The position numbers and the translations under genes are program-made. Positions 12,401-25,600 of a DNA stretch of 64,000 nucleotides are shown here, in pieces (within the stretch, counting starts at the first letter, position 1; every line of letters begins with the position of its first letter). The notes beneath the pieces are model-generated. The model saw nothing but the letters and a program-made list of their open reading frames with translations, had not been told where the DNA came from and did not search any database. Source of the DNA: Euglena gracilis (lineage: Eukaryota); assembly GCA_039621445.1 (NCBI GenBank), contig CP154954.1:4268714-4332713 (forward strand), read 5' to 3'.

Positions 12401-15400
12401 TAAAACCCCCAAATTTTTAACAGGAAAAATTTCGCCGTCCCTGACGCTTCGCACCAGGGGTCATATTTGGGGGGTCTTTCCGTATTTCCGAGATTTTCTG
12501 AAAAGCGCTTTATTTCCTGCAATTTTTTCCCATGCACAGGGAAATGCCCGGTTCATCTGCACTAACCGCTTCCTGATTATTGGAACAGGAACAAAACAAA
12601 CTTTGCCATTCTCCCCCAAAAAAATCACTGGTATCGCGGAAATTCGCCAGTGAAGCGTCCAACGGCCGGCTACTTCCAGCGCATTTGATGGGTTAGCGAG
12701 GTCAAACCAGCACGCTGCTGCCCGCAAAGCGGTCAGGGTTGGGGGGGGGAGGAGGTCCGATATAGCCTGGAGTTAGCTCCAAGGCAGGTTGGGAAAGAGA
12801 GTCATTCAACCGGTGGCACACGTGCGCTCCCCAAGCACACAATAACATCCGCGGTAGGTGCCCCTGGCATTTCAATGCTGAAATGCTGAGAGATAGGCTA
12901 AACATTGAGGGCGTAGGTTGGTGGCATTGCATCCCTGGGGTCTGGGCAAGCCCGTTTCTGTTTTTGACATGTGTCACCAGGGGGCAGATTGCCACCCTCT
13001 GCCTCGGATGGCCTCGTCTGGTGCCCTAATTGACCAGGTTTTGATGAATAGCCGTTTTCCAGTCAGGGAACCCCCAGCAGGTCCTTAAGAAAGACCTCTG
13101 TTCAGAAATCCTTGCGATATCGCAATTTTTGAAGTACAGAAAAACAATAATAGGTAATTAGAAGAAGAAAAAAATACAAGCAGCATCTGGGAGCAGGCAC
13201 AGAGCAACCTTCACTATATTCTCACTTTTGAGCGGCATTGTTTCATCAGCCACTGACTTTTTTGCAATCATTTGGCAGCAATAATTTGTTCTGCGTCTTC
13301 TTCCTGTTTGCGGGCATACCCCATTTTGAGGCCTGTGGGATGGTTCCACTTTTCATGTGCACTAGAACACCTCGAAACGTGTGTGAACGCGAGGAAGTGT
13401 ATTCTTGAGCACCCCAAAAGGGTGTCCAGCCCTCCGTGCACATCCAAAATTTCAACTATTTGGCATTTCCCTCGGAAAAAATTCGAGCTACCAGGCGGGG
13501 GAGGGGGGGGGGGGGGGGTGGGGAGCGTAGTGGTGTCAGAGGGTGTGGGGAAAATTTGCCTGTGGAGGCACCAAATGTTTGCGAACCACGCTGCGTGGCT
13601 TGTGAGAATGACGTCTTGATCCACCTCATTCGGAGCAGCTCCCAGACCCAAACTTCCGACCCCCCCGGGTTTTTTTTTTTTCAGGGCTTAGTTCTTTTTT
13701 GCCTCATTTTGTTTCCAACGGATGGAGGCAGGGCGACCATCCAGCACGTCTCCAGCCAGACCATCCCCACGTCCTCGCCCGCCTACCACCGTCGCTCCCC
13801 TTCCTTGTTTTGTGGAAACTTCATTTTGCATCCGTGAATATGGTCCGGAATTATGCAAGTTCACGGCGATTACACAAAAGCAAAAAAAGAATATGTTTTC
13901 GCATTGATCCCGCCCACCAAGCACCTGTGGCCATCCAGTCGCGCTCAATCACGCCCAGTCATGCCCAGTCACGCTCACTCACAACCAGTCCACACACAGA
14001 CATCCCAGTGCCAAAAAAAGGTTAAAACTGGCCAAAAGAACATTGGCCAAAAAATGGCCGAAAATACTCAAAAACATGCATAGGAACAAATAGCCAAAGA
14101 CGGCCAGACACGGACAAAAAGGGAGAAGAAGAAAGGTCTAAACGTGGCCAAAAGTGGCCACATTCGACATGGAACCTTAGATTACCTTGTGTGACACTTG
14201 GTAGAACACTTGTGTGACCTGGGGGGGGTGCGCCATGGCAGGGAGGAAAAAATTTTCGGCTTCTTCGGCCGATCTTGGCCAGATTTTGGGTGGGTAGGTG
14301 GGTGGTTGACCACCCCGGGGGGGGGGTCGTGGGTGGGTTTGGGCCTGGGAAGAAGTGCCCCCGGGGTCACTCGGTGGATCTATGCACGGACCCCCCCCCA
14401 TGAGTGTCATCAAAGCCAGTCACAAACAATAGGGCCCAGTGGTGCCCAGTCATTTCACAGGTGCTTTCCCGCAAACCTTTGCAATGCATTTGCATGCATT
14501 CACTGAAATGGTATCTGATAAAGAGGAATGCGCCACTGGGGGAAGTAGCACAGCCGCCGCAGGAAGAAAAATGTAGCAGAGCACCCGAACCTCACTACTT
14601 CCTTTGGTTGGATGGGCGAACATGAAAAGTGGGGACGAGAGAAAATATCATCGTGGTTCGGTGAACTCGTTTGATGAAAACCACTGGACTTAAACAAACC
14701 CTGTGAAACCAGCTGACGGGCATCTGCAGGGGACTTCACGCAGACGGGCAAGCACCTATAGTTAAGCCAAAGAGTGGCTCATGTTAGGCATAGAAAAACC
14801 AGAAAGAGGCAAAATCAAAGGCAGCCATGGTAAACAGCTCGTGGAGGCAACTACTGGCAGGATTCCCAGTTTGCGCCACTTCCACACCTCAATGGTAGCA
14901 AGCTTGCTACAAGGCTTTCGGGCAGCGACTCCCAAAGGAATGGGGAGAGTCTTCTTTGGGAACAGAGTTTTTGGGGCTTCTAGTGAATTTATTTTACTCC
15001 GAAGCATACCGAGCTTCGGTCTGGATTCCACTTACCAAATTCAAAAACTACGACAAGTGCGCAAAATCCGCACATAACCCTCGTGACCCAGCAGGCTTGA
15101 CTTCGAAATTAACTCGCCAATTCAGTATTTCAGCAAAACTGAAGAATCCTGGGCCCGAAGCAGGAGAAAGCGTGGGAAGCTGTATACTTAAATGTCGGCC
15201 GGGGGCGATTGGTTTATGGACGCAGGCTCAATCAGTCAAACTTACTACTTTCAACTGCTGAAAGCCAACTCCACTCCTTGAACCAGAAACTCAGGAAGTC
15301 ATACACAAAAATATTGAAAACCCCCAAGTATAACCCCCCCAAACACAAAGCCTGCCAATGGTGCCATTCAGGAGAAAGCCAAAAAAATTTGGGTGGGTGG

Positions 15401-18400
15401 ATGTATGCATTTTTTGGGGGAAAAAAGGGATGCACAACAATTTTGGTATAGGTCACCCAGATAAATTTGACGTCCCCCCCCCCCAAAACACACACACACA
15501 CACACCTATTGCATTATGAGAGCCAGGCTTTGCATTGGGATCCCGGGGGGTCCGAAAACTAGCCAATCGAGAAGCCACTAGCTGGACCCCTCTCACCTGG
15601 GAAGTCCGGGGTCCGGGTCCACCAGGTCCCCCAACTGGAAAAATCACACCAACTGTCTGCCCAAATGGAAATGGGTTTTTGGTGTGTTTTTTTTTCGAAT
15701 GGTTTTGTTCCAATTTTTGGCAGCTTTTTGGGGTCAAATAAAAAGTTTCCGGTAGCGATCCCCATATGTTGGGAGGGGGTGTCCGGACCCCCACCCCTCA
15801 CCTCCATGGCAGGTTTCAAAAGAAGCGAAATTTTTTCCTCTAGCGCTGCGACATCCCAGCAAGACATGAGGGATCGTTGGGGTAAAACCCCCAAATTTTT
15901 AACAGGAAAAATTTCGCCGTCCCTGACGCTTCGCACCAGGGGTCATATTTGGGGGGTCTTTCCGTATTTCCGAGATTTTCTGAAAAGCGCTTTATTTCCT
16001 GCAATTTTTTCCCATGCACAGGGAAATGCCCGGTTCATCTGCACTAACCGCTTCCTGATTATTGGAACAGGAACAAAACAAACTTTGCCATTCTCCCCCA
16101 AAAAAATCACTGGTATCGCGGAAATTCGCCAGTGAAGCGTCCAACGGCCGGCTACTTCCAGCGCATTTGATGGGTTAGCGAGGTCAAACCAGCACGCTGC
16201 TGCCCGCAAAGCGGTCAGGGTTGGGGGGGGGAGGAGGTCCGATATAGCCTGGAGTTAGCTCCAAGGCAGGTTGGGAAAGAGAGTCATTCAACCGGTGGCA
16301 CACGTGCGCTCCCCAAGCACACAATAACATCCGCGGTAGGTGCCCCTGGCATTTCAATGCTGAAATGCTGAGAGATAGGCTAAACATTGAGGGCGTAGGT
16401 TGGTGGCATTGCATCCCTGGGGTCTGGGCAAGCCCGTTTCTGTTTTTGACATGTGTCACCAGGGGGCAGATTGCCACCCTCTGCCTCGGATGGCCTCGTC
16501 TGGTGCCCTAATTGACCAGGTTTTGATGAATAGCCGTTTTCCAGTCAGGGAACCCCCAGCAGGTCCTTAAGAAAGACCTCTGTTCAGAAATCCTTGCGAT
16601 ATCGCAATTTTTGAAGTACAGAAAAACAATAATAGGTAATTAGAAGAAGAAAAAAATACAAGCAGCATCTGGGAGCAGGCACAGAGCAACCTTCACTATA
16701 TTCTCACTTTTGAGCGGCATTGTTTCATCAGCCACTGACTTTTTTGCAATCATTTGGCAGCAATAATTTGTTCTGCGTCTTCTTCCTGTTTGCGGGCATA
16801 CCCCATTTTGAGGCCTGTGGGATGGTTCCACTTTTCATGTGCACTAGAACACCTCGAAACGTGTGTGAACGCGAGGAAGTGTATTCTTGAGCACCCCAAA
16901 AGGGTGTCCAGCCCTCCGTGCACATCCAAAATTTCAACTATTTGGCATTTCCCTCGGAAAAAATTCGAGCTACCATGCCTGTCAGTGAGGGGTGTGGGGG
17001 TGGGGAGCGTAGTGGTGTCAGAGGGTGTGGGGAAAATTTGCCTGTGGAGGCACCAAATGTTTGCGAACCACGCTGCGTGGCTTGTGAGAATGACGTCTTG
17101 ATCCACCTCATTCGGAGCAGCTCCCAGACCCAAACTTCCGACCCCCCCGGGTTTTTTTTTTTTTCAGGGCTTAGTTCTTTTTTGCCTCATTTTGTTTCCA
17201 ACGGATGGAGGCAGGGCGACCATCCAGCACGTCTCCAGCCAGACCATCCCCACGTCCTCGCCCGCCTACCACCGTCGCTCCCCTTCCTTGTTTTGTGGAA
17301 ACTTCATTTTGCATCCGTGAATATGGTCCGGAATTATGCAAGTTCACGGCGATTACACAAAAGCAAAAAAAGAATATGTTTTCGCATTGATCCCGCCCAC
17401 CAAGCACCTGTGGCCATCCAGTCGCGCTCAATCACGCCCAGTCATGCCCAGTCACGCTCACTCACAACCAGTCCACACACAGACATCCCAGTGCCAAAAA
17501 AAGGTTAAAACTGGCCAAAAGAACATTGGCCAAAAAATGGCCGAAAATACTCAAAAACATGCATAGGAACAAATAGCCAAAGACGGCCAGACACGGACAA
17601 AAAGGGAGAAGAAAGGTCTAAACGTGGCCAAAAGTGGCCACATTCGACATGGAACCTTAGATTACCTTGTGTGACACTTGGTAGAACACTTGTGTGACCT
17701 GGGGGGGGGGGCGGTGCGCCATGGCAGGGAGGAAAAATTTTTCGGCTTCTTCGGCCGATCTTGGCCAGATTTTGGGTGGGTAGGTGGGTGGTTGACCACC
17801 CCGGGGGGGGGGGTCGTTCGTGGGTGGGTTTGGGCCTGGGAAGAAGTGCCCCCGGGGTCACTCGGTGGATCTATGCACGGACCCCCCCCATGAGTGTCAT
17901 CAAAGCCAGTCACAAACAATAGGGCCCAGTGGTGCCCAGTCATTTCACAGGTGCTTTCCCGCAAACCTTTGCAATGCATTTGCATGCATTCACTGAAATG
18001 GTATCTGATAAAGAGGAATGCGCCACTGGGGGAAGTAGCACAGCCGCCGCAGGAAGAAAAATGTAGCAGAGCACCCGAACCTCACTACTTCCTTTGGTTG
18101 GATGGGCGAACATGAAAAGTGGGGACGAGAGAAAATATCATCGTGGTTCGGTGAACTCGTTTGATGAAAACCACTGGACTTAAACAAACCCTGTGAAACC
18201 AGCTGACGGGCATCTGCAGGGGACTTCACGCAGACGGGCAAGCACCTATAGTTAAGCCAAAGAGTGGCTCATGTTAGGCATAGAAAAACCAGAAAGAGGC
18301 AAAATCAAAGGCAGCCATGGTAAACAGCTCGTGGAGGCAACTACTGGCAGGATTCCCAGTTTGCGCCACTTCCACACCTCAATGGTAGCAAGCTTGCTAC

Positions 18401-19335
18401 AAGGCTTTCGGGCAGCGACTCCCAAAGGAATGGGGAGAGTCTTCTTTGGGAACAGAGTTTTTGGGGCTTCTAGTGAATTTCTTTTACTCCGAAGCATACC
18501 GAGCTTCGGTCTGGATTCCACTTACCAAATTCAAAAACTACGACAAGTGCGCAAAATCCGCACATAACCCTCGTGACCCAGCAGGCTTGACTTCGAAATT
18601 AACTCGCCAATTCAGTATTTCAGCAAAACTGAAGAATCCTGGGCCCGAAGCAGGAGAAAGCGTGGGAAGCTGTATACTTAAATGTCGGCCGGGGGCGATT
18701 GGTTTATGGACGCAGGCTCAATCAGTCAAACTTACTACTTTCAACTGCTGAAAGCCAACTCCACTCCTTGAACCAGAAACTCAGGAAGTCATACACAAAA
18801 ATATTGAAAACCCCCAAGTATAACCCCCCCAAACACAAAGCCTGCCAATGGTGCCATTCAGGAGAAAGCCAAAAAAATTTGGGTGGGTGGATGTATGCAT
18901 TTTTTGGGGGAAAAAAGGGATGCACAACAATTTTGGTATAGGTCACCCAGATAAATTTGACGTCCCCCCCCCAAAACACACACACACACACACACACCTA
19001 TTGCATTATGAGAGCCAGGCTTTGCATTGGGATCCCGGGGGGTCCGAAAACTAGCCAATCGAGAAGCCACTAGCTGGACCCCTCTCTCCTGGGAAGTCCG
19101 GGGTCCGGGTCCACCAGGTCCCCCAACTGGAAAAGTCACACCAACTGTCTGCCCAAATGAAAATGGGTTTTTGGTGTGTTTTTTTTTTTCGAATGGTTTC
19201 AAAAGAAGCGAAATTTTTTCCATGGCAGGTTTCAAAAGAAGCGAATTTTTTTCCTCTGGCGCTGCGACATTTTTAACAGGAAAAATTTCGCCGTCCCTGA
19301 CGCTTCGCACCAGGGGTCATATTTGGGGGGTCTTA
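9420..19335. repeat. Tandem array of a ~3.47-kb unit (~2.85 copies), a mosaic of MITE fragments
   Basis: Identical ORFs recur at 9698, 13158 and 16640 (periods 3460 and 3482). The third copy ends with internal deletions at ~19190-19335. Confidence 0.97.
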
Positions 19336-20361
19336 TTTTTTGAAATTTTGCTCGATCGCAGGGGTGGGCAATTGATATCGGAGGCCTTCGGAAAAATTGC
19401 GGGAACAATGGCCGAAAAATTGCGGGAATTGCGGAAAAGTTGGTCAAAAATGAGCAAATTCGGTTTTGAGAATTAATGCACTTCTGCTGGAGAGGACATA
19501 GAAAAAATTCACAATTTTGGTCATTTTGCAAAATTGATGGAAAATTTGAGCCGTAATTCACACCTTTCCAACCACCAAAAAGGTTCAAAAACATGACTTT
19601 TGGGGTTTTGGGAACAGGCTGGTTTTGGAAATATGGTATTCAGCCAAAAACGGCAAAAATTGCTGAAAATTTTGGTCTCAGGTAAAACCTGGTCTGGGAT
19701 GCGGAGTTTTTCTAGTTAGTAATTATTTCCCAGCAGAAATTGGGGGAAAACCTGTAAAGGCCCAGAGATCGCCAAATTTTGTACAAATTTTGTAATTTTT
19801 GAAAATTTCGGCAAATTTACAACAAAATAACAAAAAAATAACCTCGATTCCCTTCTGGAACGTTCTGCAGTGCCGGAACTCATTGTGGAACGGAGAGGGG
19901 AAAAGGGGCCTTAAGTTTGGTCCAAAACTTGTATAGTTAGAAAATTATTGGGTTAGTTGCAAAATCAGCCAGAAAACTTAAAAATAGGGGGCCTAACTTT
20001 AGGGGGCCAGGTTTGCATGAAAGGAGGGGGGTGGGAGGTGGCAAACACCTGGCATTTTTGTCCATTTTTTGACTAATTTCATCAATTTGGCTGTTTTTGA
20101 CCGTTTGAGGGTTATTTTTTGACCAGTTACCATTTCTGGCCACTTTTAGCGACTGTTGGCCACTTTGTTGCAGAGCTTGCACAATGCGGAGCTGCTTTCA
20201 AAATTTCATATGAATTTTAGACAGTAATGTGTTACCCTTTTTCCTCACCATATATAATTATTCAGCATTTTATTGTAAATTTTTCCATGTTTGGTCATTT
20301 TACCATTTTCTACTGAGTAAAAACACAAAAATAAAATAAAATCATAATCCATATTTATTTT

Positions 20362-20924
<563 letters not shown>

Positions 20925-21276
20925 CAGGCACCTATAGTCAAGCCCAAAAATTTCCCCATTTTAGGCCATTTTAGGCCATTTTAGGCCATTTAAGGCCATT
21001 TTAGGCCATTTTAAGGTATAGGTGGGGATTCTGAAAATCATAATTCTTCGTCATTTTTGTCCCAAAAAAACTGTATCATAACGTGTGCAAACCTTCTCTT
21101 ATTCGGTAAGAAATATACATACAAAAAAGCATGCAAAATTCATGAACAATGTATCAGAACCATGATCAACAAATCTTAATTCATACCCATAGAGGAATTC
21201 TAAACAGTAAGAAATTATGGCAATGAAAATTTTTCATAAAAAACGTTTGACAAATATTAAAAGTTTTTATTTGCGC

Positions 21277-21312
<36 letters not shown>

Positions 21313-21350
21313 CTTTTTTCTTTTTTTTTTTTTTTTTTTTTTTTTTTTCT

Positions 21351-21400
<50 letters not shown>

Positions 21401-22621
21401 CTTTTCATTTTGCAGGATTTCGCAAAAAGAAGCCATTTTTCTAAAAGATGATGCTGTTGCATGGTGAAATTCAATTTGAGAGCTGAGCAAAGCTGAGAGC
21501 AATTCCTCTTCTCCGTGTTTGTTTTCCCCTTTGGGGAAACTTAATACTAAAAAGGTTCATAAACAGGAGAGTATCTCATTCATAATTGTTTGTGGTTGCT
21601 TGGGTCACTTGATCACTCGGCTTGATAATTTGTGGTTTTGGAAAATCCCCAAAACTGTGCTGGTTCGTGATTTGAAGGAATCCCTGGTACGTAACAAAAC
21701 AAATGAGCATGCACATCTTTCAATTGAGATTTTTCCAACATCTTTCGTCTTTCTTTCTTTCCCTGTCTTTTTCCACATGCTTCCAAATTTGCACTGTTTC
21801 ATTATTTGCAAAACAGACATCGTTGCACCAAAAAAGATGGGAGTAAGAAAAAAAATCCAGCTGTCCAAACCTTCAAAATTCAAATACCAAAAGAAGGTTG
21901 GGGACCATGGGGACTGATACTGATACTCACAGTGAATTGCCACCTGTCTCAAATTTTTTGCCACTGTCTCAAAGTATGACTGCAATCTTCTCAAAAGCAA
22001 TTGCAATGTCTCATAATCAGAAAAAAGAAGTGTCCATTGAGGTGGACAGTCAAAGAAAGTCATCCGACAGCCCCGTCAGGAGGGCCCACATTTTAGGCAA
22101 ACCCCTGGCCAACACATTGTACCCATGACGAGCATTATTCGGATCAGACATGGATGTAAGAGAAAGAGACGATTATGAAACAGAAACTTGTCTTCCAAAC
22201 ACAACTGTCATGAGGGCATTCATTCTTGAGAAAAACGGCAATTGTTTTCAGAAAATTGGCAATTGTTTTGAGAAAACTGACAATTGTTTGGAGAAAATTG
22301 GCAATTATTTAGATATAATTGACCAATTACAATTGAGAAAATTGGCAGTTATTTTGATTTCGATACATATTCCGCAAGCAGCTGTAACAAAAGACACCGA
22401 AAGTAATTACCTGAATGGCATCAGTTGTTCACAAAAAAAAATGTTGTGAAACAGAATTTTTTCCATTTTAGGCCATTTTAGGCCATTTTAGGCCATTTTA
22501 GGCCATTTTAGACCATTTTAGGGACCCCCACCTATAGGGGGTCAAAAAGTCATTTTAGGCCATTTTAGGCCATTTTAGGCCATTTAAGGCCATTTTAGGC
22601 CATCTTAGCTATAGGTGCCTG
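20925..22621. mobile_element. Non-autonomous hAT-like element (~1.7 kb) with subterminal TTAGGCCATT arrays
   Basis: Perfect TIR CAGGCACCTATAG / CTATAGGTGCCTG. ACCACCAC lies on both sides, with a phase shift in the ACC repeat consistent with an 8-bp TSD. Decamer arrays at ~20956-21015 and ~22463-22605, internal poly-T at 21279-21405, and a 21-bp tandem at ~22228-22350. Confidence 0.88.
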
Positions 22622-25600
22622 ACCACCACCACCACCACCACCACCACCACCACCACCACCACCACCACAACGACAACAACGACAACAACAACATAATAAT
22701 AATTTTTCGTGTTCACTTAGGGGTATCCCGGATGTGTGTGTATTTTCCTGCTGAGAAATACCACAAGATATATTGCTGTGATTGAGGCAAGAGGAAAAGA
22801 CATCCCAAAAGAACGCTGATATCAAACCAGCCAATCACCAGACCATACCATTCCTTAGCGACCCCCCCGGGGGGGGGGAACTTTCCTGTCTGTAAAAACC
22901 AGTCAGTCACTTTTTTCCCCAGAAACCAGTCAGTCACTTAACCTCCCCTGGGGGGCGGTCACTCTTGAATACGCTTATGTTGGCAAGGCACTATGGTGAT
23001 GCAATGAGTTTGGAGGTATTTTCTCATGTGTGGTCTCACCCAGTTTCAAGATCTTATCTATCTTGAGAACTGTGTCTCGGATCCGATCGCAGTGGATGTT
23101 CTCGAGTGGCAGGCTTTTCTTTTTGGGGTTGTTGTGAAGAGGAGGCAATGAACATCTACCAAAAAATCTCAAAAATTCCAAAATATTCCGCGTCAGGCGT
23201 CAGGCGTCAAGCCAGCCTGAAAGTGACAGCCACTTTCATTTTCGGGCCCACTTCCCACGGAGGGGTCTCGGCCAGAAAACCAGTCAGTCACCCCCCCAGA
23301 GGGTGGGGTGGGACAGGCGTTAAGCAGTGGTATGCATCAGACATTTTTTTTCCCCCGAACCTGGGCAGAGGGGAAAAAAAAGTCGGCAGGAGTTCTTAAT
23401 CACACAGAAAATGCCCAGCAGAATAAGGAAAGAGTTTAAAAATGTCCAAAAAATGATCGGATCGGAACAGAACATAAAACAAATCAGAAATTGAACATTG
23501 ATTGAGTGTGTCTTATCCCTTAGCCGATCTAACGTATGTTCCCATGGGATGCGGTATGCATTCCAGTGGGAGTTGGTCACATTCCGACAGCCATTTTTGG
23601 AATATCGCAGGCAGGAAGACCTAAGCACCTACACGAACAGGAATTTGGAAACAGGGTGTCGCCTGAGGGCTGAGGGGTGTGGCTGGAAAATTTGGGCTGG
23701 ACAAAGGCTACTGGGTAAAAAAAAAGTCGAAACTGCAAAATTTCTGGTAGGACGAATACCTATGCCTACTAGAATTAATATTATTACAAATATATTGTAA
23801 CACGACATAATATAATATGTCCAGAATAATAGATCAACTAATACTATATTATATAAAATGTAAAAATGATAATATTTGATGGATGTATACCTTTACCAAT
23901 TAGAAATAATAATAAAAACTACAAAATAATAGATAAAATGAATAATATTTGTCCAGCCATACTGCTGAAGGAGACAAAAAAGTATGCAAAAAATCAATTT
24001 TTCGACCCAAATAATGCGCTAGCCACTTTTTGCGGCCCATTTTTGTGCGTTTTTTTTTTGGTCTGTATGTAACCCACAAAAGCAAAAAAAAATACGTTAC
24101 CATCCAGCCTTCTTTCTGGGACTGCAAAATAAATCATCGATAGGGGGGGGTGTCCGAGGATGGAAAAAGGCAACTGGCTGGTGGACCCTCCCACCCGGGG
24201 ATGAGGTGCCCTTTGGCTTAAGCGACGCCCTGCCTGGAATGCGAGAGACACCTCGTCAAACAAGTAGGGGAGGGAACAGATGTGGAGATATGGGCCATGA
24301 GCGGATGGGGTGTTTTACACCTGGTGTGGGCACGGCAATAGCAACCAGGGCACGGGGTCTTAGCGGAGGCTGAATGACAGCTGCAAGCCTCGCATCGCCA
24401 GTGAGAGTACGATAATCAGAGCATGGGGCATGCATTCGTCGTTATCCGTAGTTATCCGTAATTATCCGTAATTGCAAAAATGCCTGTGCTGAATGGGAAC
24501 ATCAATGAATGAAACAGAAAGATTGATCGTAATATCGCCTCAGAAATGCCTACAATAAGGAAAATGTCACTGAAAAATGACTAAGTCGGCCAGAAGCAGC
24601 CAGAAATAGCCAGAAGCAACAAAGCGGCCTAAATAAATAAAAAAACTGAGAGACAGAGACACACACAAAAGCCTAAACCAATCAAAAAAAATTCCAAAAG
24701 ACCACAAACAGCTGAAAGCGGCCAGAAACAGCCAGAAATGGCCAAATGTGAGCTAAAGATGGGGAGCAGCCAAAACAGTCAGCAGCAACCAAAAGCAGTC
24801 AGAAATGGCCAAAAGTGACAAAAAAACAGCGGGCTAAAAGAGGCCAGAATTGCCTAAACAGCAGCCAGAAGCAATCAAAGAAGAGCAACAAGATTCAGCA
24901 AAAAAAAAAACGGCTAAAAGTGGCCTATAATTGCCAAAAATGGCCTCAACAATCATGAAATGGCCTGTAGTTGGCAAAAGTGGCCTCAACAATCAAAACA
25001 TTTGGCTTATCCGTAATTATCCACAATTATTAATATTTGGGGCTTTTGGGCTTATCCATAGCTATCCGTAATCATCTGCAATTATTTGTTTCGGTATGAG
25101 TACCAATCCCTGACACAATCCGCTGATTTTTTTGTAAAAAAAATACAATGAAAGAGACAAAAAAAACTCTTTGGTCAAATATTGGTCTTCTTCAATTCGT
25201 CGTCTAGGAAACAACCACTCCAAATAAAATGAGGGAGATTGACGTCGTTCATGAAAGATATGTTACAGAATCAGAAGCCAGGCTCCGTGCCTTGTGGGCT
25301 GACAATAATGGGTAGGTTGAAGGTCAGCTATCACGGGGGGGTTTACTATACTAACTGTGGGTTCGCAATTGGGCTCCAAGCAACTGGTCCGCGGCGTGGC
25401 ATGCTCCTGCTCGATTGCACCCATCAGGTTCATTTCACTTCGTTCTTTGCAACATATGTCAAATAAGCACCATGGCAAACCGGAGCCATCTGAAGTTCCA
25501 TTCCTCTCAACTCTCCTCTGGACTGAAAAGGGTCTCATAATTTGGGGAGGGGACCTTTGCCCGGCCTCGTTCTGCAGCGTCTTTGTAACAAAGGCTGACT

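Noticed and set aside
22463-22605. TTAGGC-containing arrays as telomeric repeats
   Set aside because: The unit is the decamer TTAGGCCATT and is confined to the subterminal regions of a TIR element.
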